The notes: a model not told the origin generated them from the sequence alone. DNA of 30,644 bases from a virus (IMGVR_UViG_3300006867_000048:1-30644); one strand, 5' to 3'. Counted from the stretch's first letter, positions 8,818 to 17,476 are shown. Program-made: numbers and translations.

Positions 8818-8993
8818 TGTTAACAACTCTTATAGTGTGCGCGGCAGTAATGCCATGTTCATTCATAGTCTTCGGGCGAATGAGTTATAAAAACATAACT
8901 TCACAAATCTTTACCCTCCTACTTAAAACTTCGGCGCTAATTACAATTGTATTATCTGCCATTCACTTTTTAAAACTAATAAACATAATATAG
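8817..8993 (+). CDS. small membrane protein (58 aa, not in ORF track)
   Basis: MLTTLIVCAAVMPCSFIVFG...; two hydrophobic stretches; ends 2 nt before next ATG. Confidence 0.6.
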   Translation: MLTTLIVCAAVMPCSFIVFGRMSYKNITSQIFTLLLKTSALITIVLSAIHFLKLINII

Positions 8994-8995
8994 CC

Positions 8996-9187
8996 ATGAG
9001 CGAAGTAGATAAGCTAAGAAAGGCATACGAGACGGGTAAGATCTGTGGAATCACAGATACTAACGGAACAAAATACAATGGTCAAGTAACAGCAGTCGGA
9101 CAAGTGACTGTATTGGTGCATGATCGAAACAAGCGGCAAAATGTCGCGTTGCGACACAACGAAATTGATTCGGTGCGTTGCGGTTAA
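8996..9187 (+). CDS. small protein, possibly Sm/Hfq-like fold
   Basis: Helix then GITDTNGTKYNGQVTAVGQVTVLV...LRHNEIDSV pattern. Confidence 0.55.
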   Translation: MSEVDKLRKAYETGKICGITDTNGTKYNGQVTAVGQVTVLVHDRNKRQNVALRHNEIDSVRCG

Positions 9188-9216
9188 TCTCCAGTTTTTT
9201 CTTCATAGTCATAATA

Positions 9217-9250
9217 AAGAGGGGCACGTCAAATAAGGCGTGTCCCTTTT
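9217..9250 (+). terminator. intrinsic terminator
   Basis: AAAGAGGGGCACGTC-AAATAA-GGCGTGTCCCTTTT. Confidence 0.7.
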
Positions 9251-9416
9251 CGTGTCATGGTGCGACGGTGGGCGCACTGTTCAAATGAACACTGGCGCAT
9301 GTGCGCCATAGAAGATCAAAAAAACTTCCACAAAGAACTTGCTTTTAATTATTTTGGCTTTATACTCTTGTATAGCAAAGATGCTATTACTTATTAAAAT
9401 CTAATTATCATATATC

Positions 9417-10451
9417 ATGGCTAATCTAATCTACGGAAATCAACTTGATCGTTCACTTCTTAGCAACGTTCACACTCCCGATCCTGTTGGGACTCACTAC
9501 CCCATTGATCACAACATGTTTCTTGAACTGATCGAAAAGGCATTGGATGATGCTGGTTTCATCGTTCACGCTAACGAGGTGGTTGTTTCGCGGAATTTTC
9601 CCTCTGCGGCAGAAATCGAATTCGTCGCTAACAATATGGAAACGGCGACATTCGCGGAAGGAATCGGACAACGCGCTTTCGGTGGTCTTTCGATCACTTC
9701 GGAAGATCTCGCGGGAACTGAACGTCAACTTGTTTGTGGCTGGCGTAATTCACACGACAAATCTTTCAAAAGCGCCATCTGTATCGGTTCGCGCATGATG
9801 GTGTGTGATAACTTGTGTTTTTCATCTGAGCGCGTGATTGGTCGCAAGCACACCAAAAACATTGAACGCGACCTTCCTGCTGTCATTTCAAAAATCGTCT
9901 ATGGACTGGTGGCAGAATGGAGCAACATGGAAACGAGAATCAAAGCTTACAAGCTTGTCAGGTTGACTCGTGAAACTGCTGCGGATCTTGTATTCAAGTT
10001 GAAGGAACACAAAGCAATTGCGCCCACTAAGTGTGCAACAGTTTTTGACCTTTGGTTGGAACCTGCGCTTGCAGCTAAGGGAATGATTGATAAAACTGCG
10101 TTTATCGATGAAAATGATTCTTACGATGAGGACGCATACAAAGCGGCGATTGCGAGCAAAGAACATGAACTTGAGTCAGCATTTGGAAAAGGTGTTTCTC
10201 TTTGGGGATTGTATAACGCATTCACCGAATCACTTAAAGGCGGCGACTTTTCAAAGCACGCGACTAGAACAATGGCAGCACAAGCTCTTTTTGATTCTAT
10301 TGCAGGAGTCGATATTAAGGCGCAGTCTGATGTTGAAGTCGAGGGCGAAGACGAAAACGGTGTTCATTACGATGTAGAAACCACTACGGAAGACGTGACC
10401 GACAGACTCGCAGAAACCGAAGAAGAAGAAGAGCACAGCTTTAGCTGGTAG
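9417..10451 (+). CDS. DUF932-like protein with acidic C-terminal tail
   Basis: THYPIDH, WRNSHDKS, GSRMMVCDNLCF, RKHT, SLWGLYNAFTESLK; promoter TTGCTT(9339)-16-TATACT(9361). Confidence 0.8.
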   Translation: MANLIYGNQLDRSLLSNVHTPDPVGTHYPIDHNMFLELIEKALDDAGFIVHANEVVVSRNFPSAAEIEFVANNMETATFAEGIGQRAFGGLSITSEDLAGTERQLVCGWRNSHDKSFKSAICIGSRMMVCDNLCFSSERVIGRKHTKNIERDLPAVISKIVYGLVAEWSNMETRIKAYKLVRLTRETAADLVFKLKEHKAIAPTKCATVFDLWLEPALAAKGMIDKTAFIDENDSYDEDAYKAAIASKEHELESAFGKGVSLWGLYNAFTESLKGGDFSKHATRTMAAQALFDSIAGVDIKAQSDVEVEGEDENGVHYDVETTTEDVTDRLAETEEEEEHSFSW

Positions 10452-10480
10452 GTTGCCAGTTTTTTAACCAAATACGCAAT

Positions 10481-10510
10481 AAAGGACTGTTCGAAAGAAC
10501 AGTCCTTTTT
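10481..10510 (+). terminator. intrinsic terminator with GAAA loop
   Basis: AAAGGACTGTTC-GAAA-GAACAGTCCTTTTT. Confidence 0.8.
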
Positions 10511-10574
10511 GTTTGGCGCGGGTGGGACCACTGTTCAAATGAACAGTAGTCAGGGTATATCTTATACCACAGAT

Positions 10575-10766
10575 TTAGGGTTTGTCAACTGCTTTTTTAA
10601 TCAATCCCCTCTCAATTAAAAGCTCAACTTCATTGTTAAAAGCATCAATGTTATTGGAAATTCCAGACTCTACAAAATCATAGAGCATTACCATCATATC
10701 TTCAACAGTCATATTTTCTATAACAAGTTGAGTAACCAACTCCACGTTTTCTTTACTATACTTCAT
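10575..10766 (-). CDS. hypothetical protein
   Basis: ATGA overlap with upstream gene. Confidence 0.7.
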   Translation of the reverse strand: MKYSKENVELVTQLVIENMTVEDMMVMLYDFVESGISNNIDAFNNEVELLIERGLIKKAVDKP

Positions 10767-10996
10767 TTTACTACTGTAATCCTATTCTCTTTAGTGTCAA
10801 AGCATACTTTGAATTTTGGGCCAATAAGATTAAATTTATTTTCTATATGTTCAAAAAGTTGACATTCAAACCATACTTTGTTAATGTCGGTGATTATATG
10901 AGTTATATTATAATGGTATCCAATAGTATGAGGATACATCGTTTTTAACTGTGTGGATACAGTTAACTTGAGAGATTCAAGATCTTTAATCATCAT
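10763..10996 (-). CDS. hypothetical protein (start revised to MMIKDL)
   Basis: Track extension lies inside the upstream gene. Confidence 0.65.
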   Translation of the reverse strand: MMIKDLESLKLTVSTQLKTMYPHTIGYHYNITHIITDINKVWFECQLFEHIENKFNLIGPKFKVCFDTKENRITVVK

Positions 10997-11198
10997 CAGT
11001 TCCGAAAGTGAGATCCTGACAATGTTGGCACATGCCGCTGATGCGATATTCGCGCCGACTTTCATCATCGCGGAAGTCGTCTGCATCCCTACCACATATT
11101 GCACATTGATTAGCACGGATTACTGCTTTTCTGTCGATTCCAAATTGGTTGGAAATGTAGTGGTCGATTTCTGGTGATTTTTCGGTTGGTTCTGCCAT
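10986..11198 (-). CDS. small Zn-finger-like protein, paralog of 13192-13422
   Basis: MAEPTEKSPEID...CAICG...EYRISGMCQHCQD; leaderless promoter TTGCAT-16-TACAAT-6-ATG(11198). Confidence 0.85.
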   Translation of the reverse strand: MAEPTEKSPEIDHYISNQFGIDRKAVIRANQCAICGRDADDFRDDESRREYRISGMCQHCQDLTFGTDDD

Positions 11199-11295
11199 AC
11201 CCATATTGTAGGCTCAAATAAGAAATATGCAAATAAACATCTAACGTGATCGCGTATCACACAGTGGCACGGTGGCACTACTGTTCAAACGAACA

Positions 11296-11326
11296 GTGGC
11301 GTGATCGCGTTACACGATCACGCCAC
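11296..11326. other. 12-bp inverted repeat built from CG boxes
   Basis: GTGGCGTGATCG-CGTTACA-CGATCACGCCAC. Confidence 0.7.
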
Positions 11327-11412
11327 GTTCTACCTACTTACCTACTTTTAAAATTCGTGTCCAAAAAAGGAAACTACTGCAATTAAGATTATTGTTGTAC
11401 AGATTATAGAAG

Positions 11413-11727
11413 TCATTGTGAGATAATCCTTTCTGCTTCTTGTTCTAAGTCGCCCACCAATTTCTGATCAAACGTGATGCGCGTGCCCTGCGTTGACTTG
11501 AAGCCCGTGACATTAGATAGCACTTTGCGGCTACCCAATGAATGCGAATACTCATGTATTTCACCGCCAGAAAGATACGCACCGTCGTCAGTAATTTCTT
11601 CAATTTTATACTCACAAGATATAGCAATTTCATCATATTGCAATGAAGGATTATACTGATGTGATGGCGCGATCACGTCCCATCTATCAGTGCCTTTCAC
11701 GATTTCGATATAGATATCAGTTTCCAT
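11413..11727 (-). CDS. hypothetical protein
   Basis: Own promoter TTGCTT-16-TATAAT. Confidence 0.75.
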   Translation of the reverse strand: METDIYIEIVKGTDRWDVIAPSHQYNPSLQYDEIAISCEYKIEEITDDGAYLSGGEIHEYSHSLGSRKVLSNVTGFKSTQGTRITFDQKLVGDLEQEAERIISQ

Positions 11728-11854
11728 ATTTAACCATATTATAACTTTAAATACGAGATAAGCAAATAATCATCTAACGTGATCGCGTATAGCAGCGGCA
11801 CGGGAGGACTACTGTTCAGATGAACAGTAGTTTGGATGAACAGTAGTTCGGATG

Positions 11855-12067
11855 TCAGATCATAGATTCAATTATTCGATCCAACCGTTGGGCCAAATCT
11901 CGCTGAAAATCGCCGCTCATTCTTTCCTCGTTGTATAATTGTCTACATAGGCGTTGCAGAAAAATTAAATCTTCAGGTTCAAGTTGTAAATCTTCGCGCT
12001 CTAACCCTTCAACTCTTTTTATTCTGTCAGCTACCCATTGATTATCATTATGGAAGTGTGTTGTCAT
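11855..12067 (-). CDS. hypothetical protein
   Basis: TAATG coupling at 12067. Confidence 0.7.
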   Translation of the reverse strand: MTTHFHNDNQWVADRIKRVEGLEREDLQLEPEDLIFLQRLCRQLYNEERMSGDFQRDLAQRLDRIIESMI

Positions 12068-12807
12068 TACCTTATTTCGGGATAAAATTTTCCGATTACC
12101 CCGTTATTTAATTTTGCGAGCACGTAACCGTGATTAACTGACCATGGCGCAAAAACAAAATCAATTTCTTTATTTAGTTGATAAGATGGGTTTGATGAAT
12201 TACCAACTTGAAATTCTTCGTCAAATTCATAATTATCCATAATTTCTTCGCCATCAATAGATGCATCACAAAGATTCCACCCTACTACGGTATCAATAGG
12301 TAATGAATAATCGTAATCAGTACATTTCAAAAACACTGGAAAACTATAACCGCCGCGAATGTCGCAACCCGTATGGATATAAACAACTAAAATAGCCGAA
12401 TCTGAATAAATCCAATCATCACATTCGGGATTGGGATCATCCCATATTTCCCAAACATAATCTTGCGATAAATCGTTTTCGTTATTATAGGTATTATCCC
12501 GCGCTTTCAATTCATAACCCTTTAATTCACAAAAAGCTTGTCCACATTCAAACCATGATTGGGTTAAATCAGCGGCGAATTCATCAAATTGATTTTGTAT
12601 ATAATCAAGATGTTCACACTTTTCGGAGAGAAACGCCACTGTTTCAATTGTGGCCATTACTTCGTTCTCGCCCCACAATTCAATTTTTATTGCAGGATCA
12701 TTTTCGGAAATCGGTCCTTTTTCGTAATGTCTGCCATAATGATCACCACTATCTAAAAAGTGACGCCCCGAATTATATCTTGCTGCCTCTGCTAATTTTT
12801 TAATCAT
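12067..12807 (-). CDS. acidic hypothetical phage protein
   Basis: GRHFLDSG, NTYNNENDLSQ, IHTGCDIRGGY motifs; leaderless promoter TTGAAA-16-TATAGT-5-ATG. Confidence 0.8.
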   Translation of the reverse strand: MIKKLAEAARYNSGRHFLDSGDHYGRHYEKGPISENDPAIKIELWGENEVMATIETVAFLSEKCEHLDYIQNQFDEFAADLTQSWFECGQAFCELKGYELKARDNTYNNENDLSQDYVWEIWDDPNPECDDWIYSDSAILVVYIHTGCDIRGGYSFPVFLKCTDYDYSLPIDTVVGWNLCDASIDGEEIMDNYEFDEEFQVGNSSNPSYQLNKEIDFVFAPWSVNHGYVLAKLNNGVIGKFYPEIR

Positions 12808-12964
12808 GTAAAACTATAGCGCCAAAATCTTTATTTTCAAGTTATAGATTTGAAATACGGATGGCGCAAATACGTATGGCGCAATCGCGCCATCGCGCCA
12901 TCGGCGCGGGGGCTACTGTTCAAATGAACAGTAGTTTGTTATACGAATATTACCTTCCCCTCTT

Positions 12965-13195
12965 CTAATCCTCGTTTTGTATTTCAGATAATTCAAGGTT
13001 AGTATTGCGTCGAATTACGGTATAATCTTCACTATCTAGCAGGAGATCACAACCATTAGCGTTGACAATGAACACAGCACCTCTTTCTTGCCAGTTGGGT
13101 TGATTCGTGGCATTAATCGCCCTGTATTTACCCGCAGGGAATTTTTGATCGGTTCCCAACAGTTTAAAGTCGCAATTTGTTTGAATAGTCATCAT
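12965..13195 (-). CDS. hypothetical protein (start revised to 13195)
   Basis: ATGA overlap with the 13192 stop. Confidence 0.7.
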   Translation of the reverse strand: MMTIQTNCDFKLLGTDQKFPAGKYRAINATNQPNWQERGAVFIVNANGCDLLLDSEDYTVIRRNTNLELSEIQNED

Positions 13196-13422
13196 ACTCC
13201 AAAAACTGAATCTTGACATTCTTGACACATGCCACTTATACGATATTCGTGCCGACTCTCATTATCTCGAAAGTCATCTATCTTTCCAGATTCCACTTCA
13301 ATGGTGACATCTTTGCCGCATGTTGCACATTTATCGGCGCTAATTGATTCTTTGCGATCTATCCCTAATTCGTTTTTTAGGAAGTTATCGATTTCTGGTG
13401 ATTTTTCGGTCGGTTCTGCCAT
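13192..13422 (-). CDS. small Zn-finger-like protein, paralog of 10986-11198
   Basis: MAEPTEKSPEID...CATCG...EYRISGMCQECQD; leaderless promoter TTGCCT-16-TACAAT-6-ATG. Confidence 0.85.
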   Translation of the reverse strand: MAEPTEKSPEIDNFLKNELGIDRKESISADKCATCGKDVTIEVESGKIDDFRDNESRHEYRISGMCQECQDSVFGV

Positions 13423-13530
13423 ATATATATTGTAGCTTTAAATCAGAAATAGGCAAATAAACACTGTAACGCAATCGCGTATCATAGTCGCACGGTGGTT
13501 GCACTGTTCAAATGAACAGTGGGTTATTCA

Positions 13531-13785
13531 TTAGTATCTATAATCTTCAAGTGCTCCGTCAGCAACTTCGTCAGCAATTGCTTCTTTCGCTTTTTCCTGA
13601 AGAGATTCTTCATCAATGGTTGACCCATCTGTTGAAGACATTTCAAGGATTTCAATTTCGTCATCGTCGTCTGGTTCCATTGGACATCCGAATTCATCTC
13701 GTCCGCCCTTCATTCCTGCTGTTACTTCAGCATCAACAAGAATTTCAGTATCATTGTCATCGTAGATATAAGTAGAAACGATCAT
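13531..13785 (-). CDS. highly acidic small protein, paralog of 16419-16673
   Basis: About 27 of 84 residues D/E; near-identical partner. Confidence 0.85.
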   Translation of the reverse strand: MIVSTYIYDDNDTEILVDAEVTAGMKGGRDEFGCPMEPDDDDEIEILEMSSTDGSTIDEESLQEKAKEAIADEVADGALEDYRY

Positions 13786-13947
13786 TTAGTATAGTAGTTT
13801 AGGAGTGGGTAATTGCAACTGAATAAAATCATTTTTTTCTTCAATTGGTGGTAGTGGTTTAATCATTACATAGATACCAGTTACATGGTAAGTCATGATC
13901 AACATGAGGAACAACATTAGTGAGCGATAAAAGACTAGCCAGTTCAT
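13786..13947 (-). CDS. small membrane protein (start revised to MNWLVF), paralog of 16834-16989
   Basis: TTGTAT-16-TAAACT-7-ATG; shared HVxGIYxMIK motif. Confidence 0.7.
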   Translation of the reverse strand: MNWLVFYRSLMLFLMLIMTYHVTGIYVMIKPLPPIEEKNDFIQLQLPTPKLLY

Positions 13948-14074
13948 AATGTGTAGTTTATTCGCAAATACGCCAAATACAAGTAACGTGATCACGTATA
14001 GCAACAGTTGCACGGTGGGCGCACTGTTCAGATGAACACCTACGCATATCCGTATCACATGATTGAGTAGGTCA

Positions 14075-14105
14075 GGGATCACGCGAATCCGTATCGCGTG
14101 ATCCC
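14075..14105. terminator. 12-bp hairpin downstream of the 14122 gene
   Basis: GGGATCACGCGA-ATCCGTA-TCGCGTGATCCC. Confidence 0.55.
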
Positions 14106-14121
14106 GTCCCTTGTGTCATGA

Positions 14122-15279
14122 TTAAAGTGGGTTGTTCGTGGCGATCTCCATTTGACCGACAAGCTGACGAAACAAGAATTGCTGAAAACCACGCGTTTCG
14201 TCGCGATGTCCTGTTGTTAGGTGGTAATGTTCTTCCAACACAGTTTGAACAAGATCGTGCAAACCGTGATCGAAAGCTTTGTCAGTAAGGAAGATTTTAT
14301 CGTCTTTGGCATAACCATAAAGATCGTCGCCTTCTCTTGTTTTGACGAATTCGATTGGCGCTTCAACTTCAACGCCAGCACCTTTTAAAAACTCAATAGC
14401 TTTCGTTAACTTAATCTGTTGAAACTGTGTTGGCTCGAAAGATTCGCGTTGGATTTCGCCACGACGATTATTATGGATATTTGCCAGATTATTTGCAAGT
14501 TTGCGACAATTCACAAGCGCCAATTCAATGGCATCAAGAAACTTTTCGCTTACTGGCGTATTACTCCAAATTGCGTGATAATTTGGATAATTGGAAGTTA
14601 ACGCTGTTTGAATGACAGCAGAATTTTCGCTCTGCGCTAACAAACAAGCAATTTGCTGATCTGCGCAATTAATGGTTCTGTCTTCTGTCAGATCGGCGTC
14701 AGCAAAATTTACGCTTAAAGGAATGTCCATTGTGCCAACCAAAACACCTTTACAGTAAGCGTTGCCTTTACTGCAATCAAGAATCTGATTGTCATTAATG
14801 GTTTCAACAACTGGAATGTTAGCATCAAGGAAGTATTTATCCCGCTCATTCCAACAAGTTTCAATTTCAGGATGTTTAACCGTAACAACGGTATCGAAAC
14901 CATCGATAGGCTTATTCGTGGAATCTCCACCTTCGTCAAGTGCATTAGAATGAAGCTCACGGAACCATTGCCATGCTTTCCAATGTTTTCCATAGTCCGT
15001 GCAGTATGCAAGCTTTTCACCATTGCACAGTATCACGTCAAAGTCTTTTCCACGGATATTCTGAGATTCCGTCGTGAAAATGTATGTGTAAACTTCATTG
15101 TCTGTGCCACGTGTTTTGATTGAAATGTTGCCGCCTGTGCGGAGAATGCCAGCAATGGCGTATTTCAACCCTGTGCCGAATTTACCAATTTTCGAATCGT
15201 CAGCTTTGACACTAACACCCATCATGCGAAACGACTCTTCATTGAGAGTCCCGTTATTGTAGAATCTGATTTTTTTCAT
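14122..15279 (-). CDS. GHKL (HATPase_c-like) ATPase with C-terminal zincin-like motif
   Basis: IGKFGTGLKYAIA, RELHSNALD, C-terminal VLEEHYH...DETRGFQQFL. Confidence 0.7.
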   Translation of the reverse strand: MKKIRFYNNGTLNEESFRMMGVSVKADDSKIGKFGTGLKYAIAGILRTGGNISIKTRGTDNEVYTYIFTTESQNIRGKDFDVILCNGEKLAYCTDYGKHWKAWQWFRELHSNALDEGGDSTNKPIDGFDTVVTVKHPEIETCWNERDKYFLDANIPVVETINDNQILDCSKGNAYCKGVLVGTMDIPLSVNFADADLTEDRTINCADQQIACLLAQSENSAVIQTALTSNYPNYHAIWSNTPVSEKFLDAIELALVNCRKLANNLANIHNNRRGEIQRESFEPTQFQQIKLTKAIEFLKGAGVEVEAPIEFVKTREGDDLYGYAKDDKIFLTDKAFDHGLHDLVQTVLEEHYHLTTGHRDETRGFQQFLFRQLVGQMEIATNNPL

Positions 15280-15328
15280 GACATAGACATATTACCTCAT
15301 TCAACCGATTTTACAACTATTTGTTTGG

Positions 15329-15418
15329 CGTGAATCCGTGATACGCAAATCCGTATGGCGCAAATCCGTAAGGCTCAAATGCAAATAGCGCAAATACGTA
15401 ATACGCACATCCGTAGTG
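15329..15418. repeat. degenerate 15-bp tandem repeat (CGCAAATCCGTATGG) x6
   Basis: Units start at 15329, 15344, 15359, 15374, 15389, 15404. Confidence 0.85.
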
Positions 15419-15493
15419 TTCATCTGAACAGTGCCACGGTGGGACTACTGTTCAGATGAACACGGGGTTCATCTGAACAGCATTGAGAGGTGA

Positions 15494-15877
15494 TTAAGCG
15501 GCGAAGTAATCTTTCAGAATTGGCCTTAGCCAATCTGAGTTTTCACCGCTGAATCCTGTTATGAAATTGTTTTCAATCTTGATGAGAGTATCGCATTTCC
15601 CCGCACTGAAAACGTGAAGCATACAGTAATCAGCGAATACCGCATTGCTGATTAAAAAATCTTCGTCACCTGTTAGGAACAAGCCGCGTGCGGAGATTCC
15701 GAAAACTTCGCCGCCAGCTTTACTGATCGCATCGAAGATTTTCGTAACGTGCTCAACGTCATTGAGTAAACCATCAACCATGTTGGCGGCATCAATAGCC
15801 GCTTCGATTTGCTCAACTTCGGCAGGCAAAAGGTCATTGATATTGTGAACTGGAATTGTTGTAGTAGAGTTATTCAT
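15494..15877 (-). CDS. hypothetical protein (start revised to MNNSTT)
   Basis: TTGTGT-16-TATAAT-9-ATG; track extension runs through the promoter. Confidence 0.75.
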   Translation of the reverse strand: MNNSTTTIPVHNINDLLPAEVEQIEAAIDAANMVDGLLNDVEHVTKIFDAISKAGGEVFGISARGLFLTGDEDFLISNAVFADYCMLHVFSAGKCDTLIKIENNFITGFSGENSDWLRPILKDYFAA

Positions 15878-15994
15878 AACACCAATATTATACCGCTTTT
15901 TGCTAAATACACAAATAACACCTATAGCGCAATCGCGTATCACAGTGGCACGGTGGTGCCACTGTTCAGATGAACAGTGGTATGGATGGCGCGA

Positions 15995-16303
15995 TTACGG
16001 GATCTGCACCTCACGCACATGCGCCAGTTCAAACATGCGGTGATCAACAGCTAATTCCTCTAGTGATTCCAACCATTCTTCTTCAGACACAGCAGACACA
16101 GGATACTCAATCTGATAATGTGAAGAGGAACATTCTAGCTCCCCCACTGCGCCCATAGCGTCCCACTCACGTGAGTGGTCGTGCATACGCACACGGTATG
16201 TAAGTCCACCTTTGGGTTTCCAGTAATGTTTAGGTGCGGCTGCTGTATCGTCGTGAGCGCCATAGTTTTCAACGATTTGAGTAGTGACAATGTAGGTTTT
16301 CAT
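15995..16303 (-). CDS. hypothetical phage protein (start revised to MKTYIV)
   Basis: TQIVENYGAHD...YWKPKGG...EYP motif. Confidence 0.8.
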   Translation of the reverse strand: MKTYIVTTQIVENYGAHDDTAAAPKHYWKPKGGLTYRVRMHDHSREWDAMGAVGELECSSSHYQIEYPVSAVSEEEWLESLEELAVDHRMFELAHVREVQIP

Positions 16304-16418
16304 AACTCCATAGAATAAACGCAAATAGGGCAAATACAGGGTACGTGATCACGTATAGTAGTGGCGCACGGCCGCACTACTGTTCAGATGAACACGGGGT
16401 TCATCTGAACAGCGGGGT

Positions 16419-16673
16419 CTAATAGCGATAATCTTCTAATGCGCCTTCGGTTATTTCGTCAAGAATTGCTTCTTTAGCTTTGCTTTGCAATCCTTCCTCA
16501 TCGAATGATGAGCCACAGGTTGAAGACATTTCGAGGATTTCCACTTCTGGTTCATCGTCTGGTTCCATTTGGCGACCGAATTCATCGCGTCCACCTTTCA
16601 TCCCCATAGAGACTTCTGCATCCACGAGAATTTCGGTGTCGTCATCACTATATATGTATGTTGAAACTATCAT
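16419..16673 (-). CDS. highly acidic small protein, paralog of 13531-13785
   Basis: MIVSTYIYSDDDTEILVDAEV...GALEDYRY. Confidence 0.85.
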   Translation of the reverse strand: MIVSTYIYSDDDTEILVDAEVSMGMKGGRDEFGRQMEPDDEPEVEILEMSSTCGSSFDEEGLQSKAKEAILDEITEGALEDYRY

Positions 16674-16831
16674 TTTACAAACTTGTATTTTAACTTTTCA
16701 AGGAAATTGCAAACCTTAACGGTCCAATCGTGATGAAAGCCATCCTGACCTTCAATGATCTGATCACCGTTTCAGTGGCGTGAGTGCCACCAATACCAAA
16801 CTTTATCCAATGTTCGTTCTAATTTTCTCAT
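16670..16831 (-). pseudogene. 53-codon gene with in-frame TGA at 16772-16774
   Basis: MRKLERTLDKVWYWWHSRH*NGDQIIEGQDGFHHDWTVKVCNFLEKLKYKFVK*; final TGA overlaps next ATG. Confidence 0.55.
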
Positions 16832-16833
16832 GA

Positions 16834-16989
16834 CTAGTATAGTTTTCCGTGATAGAATTTCGGTGCCGCAGGAATTGGAATCTTTTTTTTCACTGGTGCA
16901 GGTTTATTTTTTATCATCATGTAAATGCCGATTACATGGAAGTTAATGCTGATCAACAGACCCGCAATTAGAGAGAGTAAGAATTTCAT
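16834..16989 (-). CDS. small membrane protein (start revised to MKFLLS), paralog of 13786-13947
   Basis: TTGTGT-16-CATAAT-9-ATG. Confidence 0.7.
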   Translation of the reverse strand: MKFLLSLIAGLLISINFHVIGIYMMIKNKPAPVKKKIPIPAAPKFYHGKLY

Positions 16990-17105
16990 GACACCAATAT
17001 TATGCCACAATTCGACAAATACACAAATAACGCGTATGGCGCAATCGCGTATGGCGCAATCGCGACGTGGTTTGGGGTGTTCAGATGAACAGTGCCCCCA
17101 TGTGA

Positions 17106-17291
17106 TTAAAGCCACTTCATTCGCTCAGTATTAAACACTCTCTCATAGCGTTTTCTCGGTGCTGGATTTGTTGCATATTGAACACCTAAACATATGAGAA
17201 CACCATTTTCCCATTTAGGTTCTTCATCGGTAACAATGAACTCTTTGACTCTTCCTTTTTTGTTTTTGTGAGTAAAACGTTTTCCTTTCAT
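17106..17291 (-). CDS. small basic protein, paralog of 17991-18203
   Basis: KGRVKEFIV...YATNPAPRKRYERVF; TTGCCT-16-TATAAT-8-ATG. Confidence 0.85.
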   Translation of the reverse strand: MKGKRFTHKNKKGRVKEFIVTDEEPKWENGVLICLGVQYATNPAPRKRYERVFNTERMKWL

Positions 17292-17416
17292 GACGCCACA
17301 TTATACGGCATTGAGCTAAATAGGCAAATAACGCGATTGCGTAGTGTTCACCTGAACAGTAACGAGGACAGGGGTGTTCAGATGAACAGTGGTGCTCACC
17401 TGAACAGTGCCCTTTT

Positions 17417-17473
17417 CTAGTGGGTAGCGATAATTATCGCTATTATGATAAATGCGATAACTACGATAATCAT
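17417..17473 (-). CDS. 18-aa hydrophobic micropeptide
   Basis: MIIVVIAFIIIAIIIATH; positional paralog at 19264-19317. Confidence 0.6.
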   Translation of the reverse strand: MIIVVIAFIIIAIIIATH

Positions 17474-17476
17474 GGA

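Noticed and set aside
4030-16413. Integron with attC cassettes
   Set aside because: No integron integrase in the window, no RYYYAAC/GTTRRRY attC ends, and the units carry their own promoters
13948-17115. ORF-track N-terminal extensions of 13786, 15494, 15995 and 16834 (also 4097, 5402, 10763, 12965)
   Set aside because: They run through promoters, repeats or upstream genes; downstream ATGs fit promoter or coupling geometry
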